DNA of 64,000 bases from Ginglymostoma cirratum (lineage: Eukaryota): positions 2,154,494-2,218,493 of the forward strand of contig JAHRHZ010000099.1 in the NCBI GenBank assembly GCA_024137785.1, written 5' to 3'. The notes beneath the pieces were generated by a model. That model did not search any database. It was given only the letters and a program-made list of their open reading frames with translations, and had not been told where the DNA came from. Made by a program: the position numbers and the translations under genes. Below, one piece after another: positions 1-13,335 of the stretch. Each line of letters opens with the position of its first letter. Positions within the stretch are counted from its first letter, which is position 1.

Positions 1-59
1 TGCGTTTCTCCAACACTCTCTGTAATTGTTTCAAGCTTGCAACATCTGCAGTATTTTGC

Positions 60-535
60 TTTTATTATGTAACTGGTGGAGTGTCACAGGAAACAATATT
101 GGGCTAATAACTATTTATATTCTTTATAAATGACTTGGATAAAGACACCGAGTGCAGTATCAATAATATTTGCTGACGATGCAAAGTTAAGCACGGATTC
201 AAGTTGTGAGGAGGACAAAATAGTCAATAGAGGATAGTGAGCAGGTTAAGTGAGTGGGCAAAGCATTGGCAGATGGATTATAATGTGAGAATATGCGACA
301 TTGTGCTTTTTGTTAGGTAGCAGAGTATTGTTTAAATTGAGACAACGTGCCAGAAGCTGTCATACCGAGGTATCGAGGTGTTGTTGTACACGAAGCACAA
401 AATTCAGCATGAAACTGTAGCAGCTAATCAGGAACATAAATTAAATGTTATTGTTTAATAGAAGGGGGATGAAGTGTAAATTTAAGTAAGTCCTGGTGCA
501 ATTGCGTAGGGCGCTGTTGAGACCACGTTGAGTGA
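60..535 (+). mobile_element. Old CR1-type LINE RT fragment (degenerate)
   Basis: Decayed RT motifs (tttataaatgacttggat = FINDLD, tttgctgacgatgcaaagtta = FADDAKL), homologous to the RT at 12100-12500. Confidence 0.7.
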
Positions 536-539
536 TGCA

Positions 540-775
540 TTGAATTCAATAACCATCTGAAATGAACTGTTGGTTCAATGCTGACCATGAAACATTCGTC
601 ATAAAAAAAACCCATCTGGTTTACTGTAACATACTTTGAGGAAGGAAATATGTCATCCTTCCTGATTTGGACTACAAGTGGCTCCAGACCACAACAACGT
701 GGTTGACTTTTCACAGCCCTTTGGACAACTAAGTGTCGGTAACAAATGGCCAAATTCCTTGAACGTATAAAACAA
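540..775 (+). mobile_element. Deu-domain SINE fragment (SacSINE1-like)
   Basis: gaaggaaatatgtcatcctt...ggactacaagtggctccagaccacaacaacgtggttgact resembles the copy at 47709-48068. Confidence 0.6.
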
Positions 776-1117
776 AATCGCTGGGTTAATTCCTAGAATG
801 AATCGTTGGATCTATACTTATTCATGTTCAAAAGAACGAGAGGAGTTCTATTTTAGGTATTCGCTCATTAGCTCCATGCCTTTACCCTTGTTCTGAGATT
901 TCTTACCTCTTCATTCCTGCCTACTTGTTTATGATGATCCTACTTAAAATTGCAGACTTGACTACCTCCTTACATGACTAGCTGTTAAGTTGTGTTTGAC
1001 AGCCCTCTTTTGAGACTTCTTGTGAAGTACAATACGGCAAAGTCAGCGAGCAAATACAGCATCTCCTTGTGGTTCTATTTGCGTTAATTAAGCAACAACG
1101 ACACCTAAGGTTACCAA

Positions 1118-1676
1118 AGATAAAAGGTACTGCAGATGCTGGAGAATCCGAGATAACAAGCATGGGGCTGGATGAACACAGCAGGTCAAGCAGCATCATA
1201 CCTGCTCCTATGATGCTGCTTGACCTGCTGTGTNNNNNNNNNNNNNNNNNNNNNNNNNNNNNNNNNNNNNNNNNNNNNNNNNNNNNNNNNNNNNNNNNNN
1301 NNNNNNNNNNNNNNNNNNNNNNNNNNNNNNNNNNNNNNNNNNNNNNNNNNNNNNNNNNNNNNNNNNNNNNNNNNNNNNNNNNNNNNNNNNNNNNNNNNNN
1401 NNNNNNNNNNNNNNNNNNNNNNNNNNNNNNNNNNNNNNNNNNNNNNNNNNNNNNNNNNNNNNNNNNNNNNNNNNNNNNNNNNNNNNNNNNNNNNNNNNNN
1501 NNNNNNNNNNNNNNNNNNNNNNNNNNNNNNNNNNNNNNNNNNNNNNNNNNNNNNNNNNNNNNNNNNNNNNNNNNNNNNNNNNNNNNNNNNNNNNNNNNNN
1601 NNNNNNNNNNNNNNNNNNNNNNNNNNNNNNNNNTATGATGCTGCTTGACCTGCTGTGTTCATCCAGCCCCATGCTT
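1118..1676. mobile_element. Fold-back (inverted-repeat) short element, probably Penelope-derived, spanning an assembly gap
   Basis: Arms aagcatggggctggatgaacacagcaggtcaagcagcatcata / tatgatgctgcttgacctgctgtgttcatccagccccatgctt; exact 14-bp direct repeat cctaaggttaccaa at 1104-1117 and 1677-1690 (TSD). Confidence 0.75.
1234..1633. other. Assembly gap (400 N)
   Basis: Run of N; the same 25-mer lies on both sides. Confidence 0.99.
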
Positions 1677-2279
1677 CCTAAGGTTACCAATCTGACTATT
1701 CAAATTGAGCGCTCATTATCTCCTTTTTATTCCTTCTTGAAAGTCAGAAAAACAACTGTAAAAATAAAGCAGACTCGTCTAGTCTACCAGGTCCATCTTA
1801 TCCAGTCATGGGCGACCTGCATTTTAAGATTTTGCCTCCTTCTATTCGACTTTTGTTTTTAAAAAATCATTGTAAACACCCAAATTAGGTCACATTGTAA
1901 TATCCTATATTCATCGAGTATGAGCGTGGGGTTCACCAATCTCACCAGTACGACTACCAATCTATGAAGCTCTTTGTTAAGAGAAGCAAAAAAATAGAAA
2001 AAGGGAAAAAATGAGGTTCGGCAGATTTAGGAGAAGAATCCTCTGACTCATAAATGTACCAAAAGCAAGCTGTGGACGATTGCAGATTTATGGATATCAT
2101 TCGTTAGAGCGAGCTATCCTCGTTTGTATTCTTTCGCAGGAGATGCCCTGTTCGCCATCGTGCACAAAATGCAGGAAATTTAGATCAACAATTTCAGACC
2201 AAAATTATTGCTCCTCTTCATTAGGAGAGCAGCTCCTGCCAAATGTGAGCTGATGTACTTTGAACGAATTAGCAAGATA

Positions 2280-2926
2280 GGGCGCACCCAATAACTGACA
2301 GGACACGAGAAACCTCAGAGAAACGGAGGGATTTCCTGTCCACTGATACCTGAAGGTGGTAGAACAGGTCAACAGGGTAGTTCAGAAAGCATAAGGGACA
2401 CTTGAATTTAGCAGTCGTGGCATAGATTATAAGAGCAGGGAGGTTATGTCGGTTATTGTAGAGCATGGTTAGGCCACATCTGGGGTACTGTGTGCTATTC
2501 CGGTTCCCACACACATTGCAAAGAAGTGATTGCACTGGAGGGATACAGAAGAGATTTACCAGGATTCAGTTTGCATGGAAAATTTCAGCCATGAAGAGAT
2601 GCTGGATAAGCTCAGGTTGATTTCTTTAGAGCAGAGAAGGTTGACGGGTACTTAATAGAGGTATGTGAGATTATGAGGGGCATGGACAGGGTGATAGAAA
2701 GTAAATGCATACCTTAGTCAAAAGGTCAAGAACAATAGGCACACTTTTACACTGAAAGACAGAAGGTTTAGAGGGGATGTGAGCGTAAAATCATCCAAAG
2801 GATGGTGGGGGCCTGGAATGCCCTCCCTGCGAAGTCAGTTAAGGTTGGTAACCCCACAACCCTTAAAAAATGCTTGGGTAAGCACTTGAAGCATCATCAC
2901 ATTCAAGCCTATGAGCCTACTGCAGG
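2280..2926 (+). mobile_element. CR1 LINE 3' fragment
   Basis: Decayed C-terminal ORF2 (…AWNALP…), resumes at ~3451 after the inserted minus-strand copy. Confidence 0.75.
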
Positions 2927-3450
2927 TACATACAACATAGAACAGTACAGCACAGTACAGGCCCTTTGGCCCACGATGTTGTGCCGGCCTATTATCCTAC
3001 AGAGATCAATCTACCCTGCATGCCCTACTTTTTACTATCCTCCATGTGCCCTTCTAAGAGTCGCTTAAAAGTCCCTAAAGTAACTGACTCCACTACCACT
3101 GCCAGCAGTGCATTCCACATGCCCACCACTCTCTGTGTGAAGAACCTACCTCTGACATCTCCCCTACATCTTCCTCCAATCACTTTCAAATTGTGACCCC
3201 TCGTAGTAGTCATTTCAGCCCTGGGAAAAAGTCTCTGACTATCCACTCTATCTATGCCTCTCATCATCTTGTAAACCTCTATCAAGTCACCTCTCATCCT
3301 ACTTCGCTGCAATGATAAAAGCCCTAGCTCTCAACTTTTCCTCATAAGACCTGCCCTTCAGTCCAGGCAGCATCCTAGTAATTCTCCTTTGCACTCTCTC
3401 CAAGGCTTCCACATCTTTCCTGTATTGAGGTGACCAGAACTGAACACAAT
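2927..3450 (-). mobile_element. CR1/HER1-type LINE 3' fragment nested in an older CR1
   Basis: ORF 3025-3312 RGDLIEVYKMMRGIDRVD…RGRFFTQRVVGMWNAL; acaacatagaac tail. Confidence 0.85.
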
Positions 3451-4639
3451 AGGTAAGGGGGGGACATTGTATTTTTACAGTATAAACTTGATAGGCTGAA
3501 GGGTCTCATTTCTACTGTATCATTCTATGAAGAATCTTGCTGCTGCCATTTACTGCTCCCTTGGATTGATTCCTTGTCTTGGTCAACTTACACTTACCCT
3601 ATTGTGCAATCCATTTTGCTTTCAATGCTATCACAGGCATTCCTTATTTGTGCTGCCTCCTTCCTCACAACCTTTTCCCTGTCTCCATGCATACTTAAAA
3701 TCTCTTGCACATCTAACTGTATCCAATTTTAACCAATGCCAATGACATTAGAGAATCATCAAATAATAACAGAACAGATGGGGGACATTTGGGCCATCAT
3801 ATCCATTCTGGTTATCTACAATGAAAACTCAGCTGAGATTGACTGCACCATTCTTGCCCAGTAACCTTGCATGTATATCTCTTCCAATGTTATTCAATTC
3901 CCTATTGAGATCCACGATCAAATTTGCACTGACCACAATATCAAATATTATAGAAGATATCTTAATTAAGTTGTTGGAGTAATGTACATTGTTTCATGCA
4001 TCACCATTACTATTTTTGCACTTACATTGAAAATAATGTCTCTGGTTTAAAATCATGCCGGCAATGTTTCTTCTTAGCTATCCTATCAGTTTCCCTTTGA
4101 TCCTTGTCTTTTTGATTAAAATTCCAGCATCTTAAATTCATTCACATGACAGAAATCACACATCGTGAGAACAATCCCTGTAAAGCTTTTTGTACAAACA
4201 ACAGTGAGTTCAGATTCTTCCAAAGTAGTGGTGCTCAGAATCAGACACAGTACACTTAGCTGTAACAGCTATGGAGCCCAGGATACATTGTTATTAATAT
4301 TATTGTCTTAATAACCGCTTCCCCACATTGCTCTTCCACCTTCAATGAGGTGGCTACATGCTCCACCAGGTACACCTGCTCTTCAATGGGCCTTTTTTTT
4401 TGCTTTTTGCTATTGAAGTATCAACAGTTGACAACTTTCCCTCGATTTCCACCTACCACGCCAGCATCCGTGGGCAAAGGAAGAGGAGTTATGTAGTATC
4501 CGAGTCTGAGGAATGAAGCAAACCTTAAAGGATCATTAATCATAGTATCATAACATTTTGATCAATTAAGAAAAGCAGGAAGGGACAATGGTTAACAATT
4601 GGCAGTGGGCCAATTTTCGTGAGGTGCAAAGGAATCTAA

Positions 4640-5410
4640 CCAGCGTGGAAGATGCATTTTTTAATTCATTCAGAGTACGTGTGTGTTCCTGGCTGGGACA
4701 GCATTTATTGACTATACCTCGTTGCACTTGAGAAGGTGATGGTGAACTACCTTCTTGAACACCTGCAGTCCATGTGTGGTATTCTTTCATATTGTTGTTA
4801 GTGGGGCAGTTCCATGGTTTTGACCCAGTAACAGTGAAAGAAAGGCAAAGTATTCCCAAATCAGGATAGTGAGGGGCTTGGGGGTAAACTTGCACTTGGT
4901 TGTGTTCTCATGAGTCTGCTATCCTTCTGTTTCGAGATGGAAGTGGTTATGGGGTTGGAAGGAACTGTCTAAGGAGACTTTATATCACAATTGAAACTGA
5001 ACTTCAATTGTATAGGGAATGAATATTTGAGCATGTGGTGACAGTTGAGCCGTTGCTTTTCCCTGGATGGTATCAAGCTTCTTGAGTGATGTTGGAACTG
5101 CAATTATGCAGCCAAATGAAGGGCCTTCCACCACGATCTTGACTTGCGCCTGGCAGATGATCAACTAGCGTTGAGAGTTTGGAGGTGAGTCACTAGATGC
5201 GGGATTCCTAGCATCCTTGAAGCCGCAGTGCTACTATCGTTAATCCAGTTCAATTTCTGTTCAATGGAAATCCACTGGATGTCAATAGTGAAGATTTCAG
5301 TGATGGCAATGCCACTGAATTTCAAAGGGCGACATTCGTCTTCCTTCCTTCTGGAAATTGTCATTGCCTAGAATTTGTGTGGCGTGAATGTTACGTGCGA
5401 CTTGTTAACT
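4640..5410 (-). mobile_element. LINE 3' fragment (same family as 20300-22740)
   Basis: Shared 3' tail (cagcatttattg…gagaaggtgatggtgaactaccttcttgaac) and decayed RT C-terminus. Confidence 0.65.
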
Positions 5411-6169
5411 ATTTCATGGAATTAGCTAATTTCTTGAAATCTATCATTTACCCTTCACAATTACAGCACTGGTGCGTTTTGCAGCACCTGTAAATGTTGA
5501 CGTTCTCCTCCTAATGTCAGGTCAATGATAGGGATCAACAAACACAATGATCCGACAGTCGACCTCTGGGCCATCCTTGCATCTGTAATACTAACCAGCC
5601 ACCAATATTCTCGTTTCTTCTCACGTAACCAACTTTGATGTTGCCTTCTCTTCTTTTTCATTCTTGAGCACCACATAACCACTTTATAAACTAGAAAATA
5701 AGAACAAATAAAAGCAAACAATAAAAAGTTAGTTTAACAGGTCTATTAAAGACTTTAAAGAGCCTTGTTTGTCTGCTTAATCAGTCCTAATTTATTCAAG
5801 TAACAGGCAATATCAGTCTACATTAATGTTTCGAAAGCTTTCCACATTGAGGTTAAACGCTCTGACCTGTGGTTACTAGGCTTATCCTCACACCCTTTCT
5901 CGACCAAGCTTTCAATTCTGTCATCCTCTGATATATACTACACCAAATGAGGTACGCAAGTTTATGGCCAGTGACTCCTCATTTCCTAACTTTGCATCTC
6001 CTTGTATCATGGAATTTTAATTTGTCTGAGTCAGAACACATCTCAACTCACTGGACTTTACCTTTGAACGATTAGTCCTTTTCTCTCCGTTGCTCCTTAC
6101 CATTTACCATGGCGAACCTGTGACTTCTGATATTCTGATCAATGTTACTGTAATGTTCCCCTCATTCAC

Positions 6170-7080
6170 AGCGTGTCAGGGAGCAAAAATGTAGAAGGGC
6201 GTTAGTGGTAGAGGATCCGTGAGTGATGGGAGTATACAGGTACCTCTGCAACTATAGACATGACTTCAAGGTAAGGTGTTGCCTTTCAGGTGTCAGAGTC
6301 AGCATATAATTGAAGGACGTCAAAGGAGAATGGTGAACTGTCAGAGACCCAGGTCTATGTTGCGACCAAAGACGTATGAACAAAGAGAAACGAGATACTG
6401 CAAATAGACTTTTGGGGTGTAGATAGAAAATTAAAAAAACAGGACTTCAAAGGTGGTAACCTCTGGATTTTCCCCATTACCGTGTAACAGTGAGTACAGG
6501 AATAGAAGAAAATTGCAGGTGAATGGATGGCTGGGGAGATGGTGCAGGAGGGACAGGATTAGATTTCTGGGACGTTGGGACAATTTCTGAGGTAGTTGGG
6601 ACCAGTACAATTTCTACAGATTACTTCTGAACAGGAACGAGATTGAAGTCATTGTGAGAAGGTTTGCTAATGCTGTTAGGGAGGATTTAATCTATATTGG
6701 TGGCAGGATGAGATCCTGAAAAGGAAGGTAAATAAGCTGAGGTGGTAACCTAGACTCAATATAAAAAGAATTTAACAAAGCTAAATAGAATACTGTTTAA
6801 TGGAAGGAGTTTGGGGAATAAGACAGGGTACAGATAGACACACATAACCAAGACTTGGCTGAACAATGGACAGGATTGGCAGTTCAACATTACTGGTTAC
6901 TCAGTACTCAGACCAGATAGCAAGGGGGATATCATAGGAGGCAGTCACAATTTTGATCAAGGAATCAATTGTACCAAGGGGTAAAGGAGAGTCAGGGAGA
7001 GATTGAGGATCAAATACGTAATCAAATTCTCATAAAGTGTTCGAGTAATGAGGCAGTAGTAGCAGAGAATATAAGCAGTT
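6170..7080 (+). mobile_element. Old CR1 ORF1 (esterase-like)/endonuclease fragment
   Basis: gaatggatggctggggagatggtgcaggagggacaggattagatttctgggacgttggga parallels the ORF1 peptide WLQGWCRREGFRHLDNW at 10706-10981. Confidence 0.6.
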
Positions 7081-8369
7081 CACATTGTCACAGGAATATT
7101 TTTAGTGTGCAAGATAGGAAGTGAGAATTTTAGAATTTTAGTTCGCGATTTCTGCCGTTTGCAGTGATCTTCTGTTGTAATAAGTTTCCCAATTCCTTCA
7201 GCACAATTGCATAAAGAAATCAGATCCGACAGATTGAACAGCCTAAGAGCCTTAATTAGTCTCTGCAGTACATTGCCTGGAATCAATCTTTGGAGCAATG
7301 CTAAATATAAATTAAAACAATAATTGCCGAATATTATATTCATATGTCAGTTTCACATCCCAACTGTAGGTTAGTGTTTAATATGATCAAAAACTAGTTT
7401 ACCAATACATGGCAGCGGGAATATTCTATATTCAGAGAGTCTGTGCAATTAGGTTTAATGCACGTTTTAGTTCAATCCTGGAGTATTTGAAACATCAGGG
7501 AAAGAAAGTTACATGCATTTTCAGATGTATCAAAGTATTTTGTAGGAATTATAGCTAGCTATCAGCCAACATGTTTGATTTAAATTACTACAGCCTGGTT
7601 TAAAAATCAACAATTTTTATTTGTTGTTTCTACAAACAAAACCGCCAAGCGAAGTAAATGTGTAACACTACCATATAATGGTGAAGTAGCATATGACACA
7701 TAAAGATCACGTAGTTAACTTATCAACATTGATACATTTAGGTGTGTTTTCTTGGGTTCTGAACGCAACTGCACCAGTCAGTTCAATTCCAACAATTATT
7801 TGGCATTTCTTACTGAAAGCAATGACGTCTATTGTACAAGAAGCAAATAGGCATTTGAGACTTGGTACTTCGCAATATGTTGCAAAGTTAACCAACTAGT
7901 GTATATTTGTCTTCTAAATGCTTATAATTTGATTAATACAATTGGTTTTAACAACAATAATTTATTCGTTGTAATAGAATCAGGAAAACCCACGATCACT
8001 TTCTACTAGATAAAATTCGAAATAGCACTGCAGCAATCGCCAGCACTTGCGCATGAGGCCAATTCTATTGGTTTTAAATTTAATCCTGTTATGAAGTAAT
8101 CCAGCAAAGATTTCAGGGAAAATATTTTTGCCCAAAGGGAGGCATTAAATCGCCATTAAATCGCCAATATAGATCAAAATGGGCGCGTATAATGCTGGTC
8201 TTTTGATTCTTCAACCAAGAACCATGTCATATACAACAAGCTGAGAGTAGAGGTAAAGAGTGTAGTGGGGCAGGCAAGGAGCGAATATACGAATGGAACG
8301 ACCATTCACATATAATGCAACCTAAGAATCACTTAACAGCATGCAAATAATAACAGACATAAAATCATC

Positions 8370-9820
8370 GAAAATAGGAACAAAATTAAGTCCTTCGAAC
8401 CTGCCCCGCCATTCAATATGATCATGGCTCATTATCTAACTTAGTACCTTGTTCCCACTTCCTCTCCGTGCAGTTTGATTCATCTAGAACTATAAAATTC
8501 TCTAAGAACTATGTCAATCTATTTTTGAAAACATTCAATACGTTGACATCAACTGTTTTCTGTGGCAGAGAATTCAACAGGCTCATCATTCTCTGGATGA
8601 AGTAGTTCATTTGCTTTTCCATTCTAAATGGCTTGACCCATATTCTAAAACTGTGCCCCATGATGTTGGACTCCCCGGACATAAGGAACATCCTTCCTGT
8701 ATTCACTCTATTTAGTCCTGTTAGAATTGTATAGGTTTCCATGGGATTCTCTCTCATTCCTTTAAACTTCAGTCAATATCGTCCTAACCGATCCCAACTT
8801 TCTTCATATATCAATACTGCCATCCCAGGAGCCCATCTGGTAAACATTTATTCACTCCCTCAATAGTCAATACATCCTTCCTCAGATAAAGAGACTAAAA
8901 CTGCATACATTACTCTAGCTATGTCTGACCAAAGCCCTGTTTAATGCAGCATGTCACCCATGCTCCTGTGGTCGAACCCTCTTGCTATGAAGAGAAACAA
9001 GCCATTTGCCTTCTCCACTGCCTGATGAACCTGCATACTTAATTTCAGTGAATGTTTACAAGCGTGCCCAGGTCTTGTGCACATTCCCCCTTTCCCAATC
9101 TATAGCCATTCAGCGGATAATCTGTTTTCCTGTTTCTGCAACCAAAGTGAATAATCTCACATTTATCCACAAGATACTTCATCTGCCATGCATTTACCCA
9201 CTCACTCAACTGTCCAAATTATCCCCTTCACAGTTCACCCTCTCAGCCATGCCTGTGTCATCTGTGAACCTTGGAGACTACCTTTCAATCTCTCATTTAA
9301 ATCATGATTATTTTTTTGGGAATACCTAGTTTCCTGGCACTGATGCCTGCAGTACTCCCCTAATTGTTGCTTGCCACTTAGGAAATAACACATTTATTCC
9401 TCTTTGTTTTTTTGTCTGTTGACCAGTTCTCCATCCACACCAGTACACTAAGCCCAATCCCTTGTACATTCAGTTTCTATGTTCATCTCTTATGGGCTAT
9501 CTTATCAAAATACTTCTGCAAATTGAATATCCACTGCCTCCTTCCACCCCCAACCAACTCTACTAGTTACAGCATCAGAACCTCCCAAAAGATTTGTGAA
9601 GCATTTTTCCTTTTCATAAATTCGCGTTGACTCTGTCTGATTCTCTCAGTTTTCCAAGTCCTCTGCTGTTAAATATTTTGTAAAGCTGTCTAGACATTTC
9701 CTCACTACCAACGTTAGGCTAACCAGTTTATAATTCCCTGTTCCCTTCTACTGCCGTTTTACATGATGGAGTTACATTGTCTATCCTCTATTCCATAGAA
9801 TTTTTTCCTGAGAATCGGGA
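8370..9820 (-). mobile_element. Old CR1 LINE (RT and 3' end), degenerate
   Basis: ORF 8509-8757 ETYTILTGLNRVN…GHSFRI…NYFIQRMMSLLNSLP, a CR1 C-terminal pattern. Confidence 0.75.
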
Positions 9821-9970
9821 AAGGTGACAGGATGGAACCTATTACCGGCAGGAAAAGTGATGTATGTATTTTAATCTAACCTGTTTAGGTGATCGACAGC
9901 TCCTCGTCTCAAAGCATTAAGTAAATGTTTAGCTTGCATTATTCTCAGACTCAAAGTGGATAAGGCATGT

Positions 9971-10960
9971 TAGAACATAGAACATAGAACATAGAACATT
10001 ACAGTGCAGTACAGGCCCTTCGGCCCTCGACGTTGCGCTGACCTGTGAAACCAATCTGAAGCCCACCTAACCTACGCTATTCAATTATCATCCATATGTT
10101 TATCCAAAGACCAGTTAAATGCCCTCAAAGCTGGCGAGTCTACTACTGCTGCAGGCAAGGCATTCCACGCCCTTACTACTCTCTGAGTAAAGAATCTACC
10201 TCTGACATCTGTCCTATATCTGTCACCCCTCAATTTAAAGCTATGTCCCCTCGTGATAGCCGTCACCATCCGAGGAAAAAGGCTCTCACAGTCCACTCTA
10301 TCTAATCCTCTGATCATCTAGCGAGGCGAGGTAGACGAGTCCTCATCAAACGTCCTTTCTGTCACCGTAATACTGTCCTTGAATAACAATGCCACAGCTC
10401 CCTTCTTTTACCACCTTCTCTGATCTTACCGTAACATCTAAACCCCGGAACCTGCAACAACCATTCCTGTCCCTGCTCTATCCATGTTTCCGAAATGGCC
10501 ACAACACCAAAGTCCCAGGTCCCAACCCATGATGCAAGTTCGCCCACCTTATTCCGGATGCTCCTGGCGTTGAAGTAGACACACTTCAAACCACCTTCCT
10601 GCCTGCTGGTACACTCCTACGACCTTGAAACCTTATTCATGACCTCACTACTCTCAACTTCCTGTACACTGGAGCTACAAGTCAGATTCCCATCCCCCTG
10701 CTGAATTAGTTTAAACCCTCCCGAAGAGCATTAGCAAATGTCCCCCCCCCCCCCAGGATATTGGCACCCCTTTCGTTCAGGTGCAGACCATCCCGTTTGT
10801 AGAGGTCCCACCTACCCCAGAATGAGCCCCAATTATCCAGGTGTCTGAATCCCTCCCTCCTGCACCATCCCTGTAGCCACGTGTAAAACTGGTCTCTCTC
10901 CCTCTTCCTCGCCTCGCGAGCACGTGGCACGGGTAACAAACCAATGATAACAACTCTGTT
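9971..10960 (-). mobile_element. CR1/HER1-type LINE with a large internal deletion (ORF1 end + APE endonuclease start fused to the 3' end)
   Basis: ORF 10706-10981 (ORF1-like), ORF 10362-10589 CVYFNARSIRNK…VVAISETW (APE N-terminus), ORF 10081-10317 (ORF2 C-terminus), (agaacat)n tail at 9971-9998. Confidence 0.85.
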
Positions 10961-11276
10961 TGTTCCAGCATGTTTTTCCATTGAACTCTGTCTTCTACAT
11001 TTTTGTACATTTATTTAGTCTACTGACAGGATATCTATCACGGAGTTAGGCAACTCTCAACGGCTCTTAGAGCAGAAATTATGTACGTATGACCCTTCAC
11101 TCCCTTCTTGAAGACACAAAAATACATATAAAACAAAGAAGTGTGAATGCTGAAAATCTGAAACAAACTAAAACAGAAATTGCTGGAGAAACATAGAAAG
11201 TTTGGTAGCGTTTTTGGAGAGAAAACAGGGTTAAATTTTCGAGTCCTATAACACTTTTTCAGAACTAGAATCGAAA

Positions 11277-13067
11277 CAGAATGACTAGAGTAAGATTAGG
11301 GCCAGTCAAGGACAGCAGTGGTAAGTTGTGCGTGGAGTCTGAAGAGACAGGAGAGGCGCTAAATGAGTACTTTTCGTCAGTATTCACACATGTAAAAGAT
11401 AATGTTGTCGAGGAGAATACTGAGATACAGGCTTTTAGACTAGATGGGATTGAGGTTCATAAGGAGGAGGAGTTAGCAATCCTGGAAAGTGGGAGAATAG
11501 ATAAGTCCCCTGGGCTGGATGGGACCCATCCTAGGATTCTCTGGGAAGCTAGGGAGGAGATTGCAGAGCCTTTGGCTTTGATCTTTATGTCATCATTGTC
11601 TACAGGAATAGTGCCAGAAGACTGGAGGATAGCAGATGTTGTCCCCTTGTTCAAAAAGCGGAGTAGAGACAACCCTGGTAATTATAGACCAGTGAGCCTG
11701 ACTTCGGTTGTGGGTAAAGTGTTGGAAAGGATTACAAGAGAGAGGATTTATGATCATCTAGAAAGGAATAATTTGATTAGAGATAGTCAACACGGTTTTG
11801 TGAAAGGTAGGTCGTGCCTCACAAACCTTATTGAGTTCTTTGAGAAGGTGACTAAACAGGTGGATGAGGGTAAAGTGGTTGATGTGGTGGATATGGATTT
11901 CAGTAAAGCGTTTGATAAGGTTCCCCACGGTAGGCTATTGCAGAAAATTCAGAGGCATGGGATTGAGGGTGATTTAGCGGTTTGGATCAGAAATTGGCTA
12001 GCTGTAAGAAGACAGAGGGTGGTGGTTGATGGGAAATGTTCACCCTGGAGTTCAGTTACTAGTGGTGTACCGCAAGGATCTGTTTTGGGGCCACTGCTGT
12101 TTGTCATTTTTATAAATGACCTGGATGAGGGCATAGAAGGATGGATTAGTAAATTTGCGGATGACACTAAAGTCGGTGGAGTTGTGGATAGTGCGGAAGA
12201 ATGTTGCAGGTTACAGAGGGACATAGATAAGCTGCAGAGCTGGGCTGAGAGGTGGCATATGGAGTTTAATGCGGAAAAGTGTGAGGTGATTCACTTTGGA
12301 AGGAGTAACAGGAATACAGAGTACTGGGCTAATGGGCTAATGGTAAGATTCTTGGTAGTATGGATGAGCAGAGAGATCTCGGTGTCCTTGTGCATAGATC
12401 CCTGAAAGTTGCCACCCGGGTTGATAGGGTTGTTAAGAAGGCGTACGGTGTGTTAGGTTTTATTGGTAGAGGGATTGAGTTTCGGAGCCGTGAAGTCATG
12501 TTGCAGCTGTACAAAACTCTAGTGCGGCTGCACTTGGAGTATTGTGCACAGTTCTGGTCACCACGTTATAGGAAGGATGTGGAAGCATTGGAAAGGGAGC
12601 AGAGGAGATTTACCAAGATGTTTCCTGGTATGGAGCGAAGGTCTTATGAAGAAAGGCTGAGGGACTTGAGGCTGTTTTCGTTAGAGAGAAGAAGGTTAAG
12701 AGGTGACTTAATAGAGACATACAAGATGATCAGAGGATCAGATAGGGTGGACTGTGAGAGCCTTTTTCCTCGGATGGTGACGGCGATCACGAGGGGACAT
12801 AGCTTTAAATTGAGGGGCGATAGATATAGGACAGATGTCAGAGGTAGATTCTTTACTCAGAGAGTAGTAAGGGCATGGAATGCCTTGCCTGCAGCAGTTG
12901 TAGACTCGCCAAATTTAAGGGCATTTAAATGGTCTTTGGATAAACATGTGGATGATAATGGAATAGTGTAGATCAGATGGGCTTCAAATTGGTTTCACAG
13001 GTCAGCGAAACATCGAGGGCCGAAGGGCCTGTACTGCATTGTAATGTTCTATGTTCTATGTTCTATG
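11277..13067 (+). mobile_element. 5'-truncated young CR1/HER1-type LINE, RT domain with one frameshift
   Basis: ORF 11281-12405 with KSPGLDG, NYRPVSLTS, QHGF, DFSKAFDKV, GVPQGSVLGP, FADD; continues in ORF 12360-12971; (ttctatg)n tail. Confidence 0.95.
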
Positions 13068-13335
13068 AAAACAGAAATTGCTGAAAAAACTCTGCAGGTA
13101 TGGCAGCATCTGTGAGGAGAAATCAGAGTTAGCAGTTCAGGTCCAGAAGAAGGGTCATTGAGATGCTTACTCTGAATTTTCTCCATAGATGCTGCTAGAG
13201 CTACATTTTGTTGTTGTTTCTGATTTCCAGTATTTGCAGTTCTTTCAGTTTCTTTGTTTTGTGTCAAATTCTGTTTCCTTTCTACAGAAGATGCCAGGCC
13301 TGCTGAGTTTCTCTAGCAATTTTTATTTTTGTTTG
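13068..13335. repeat. Degenerate fold-back/Penelope-tail-like short repeats
   Basis: aaaacagaaattgctg…cagcatctgtgaggagaaatcagagtt…agaagaagggtc; related to 11170-11266 and 38655-38785. Confidence 0.45.

Noticed and set aside
1069-1862. Long ORFs of 142-210 aa
   Set aside because: Artefacts of translating through the N run
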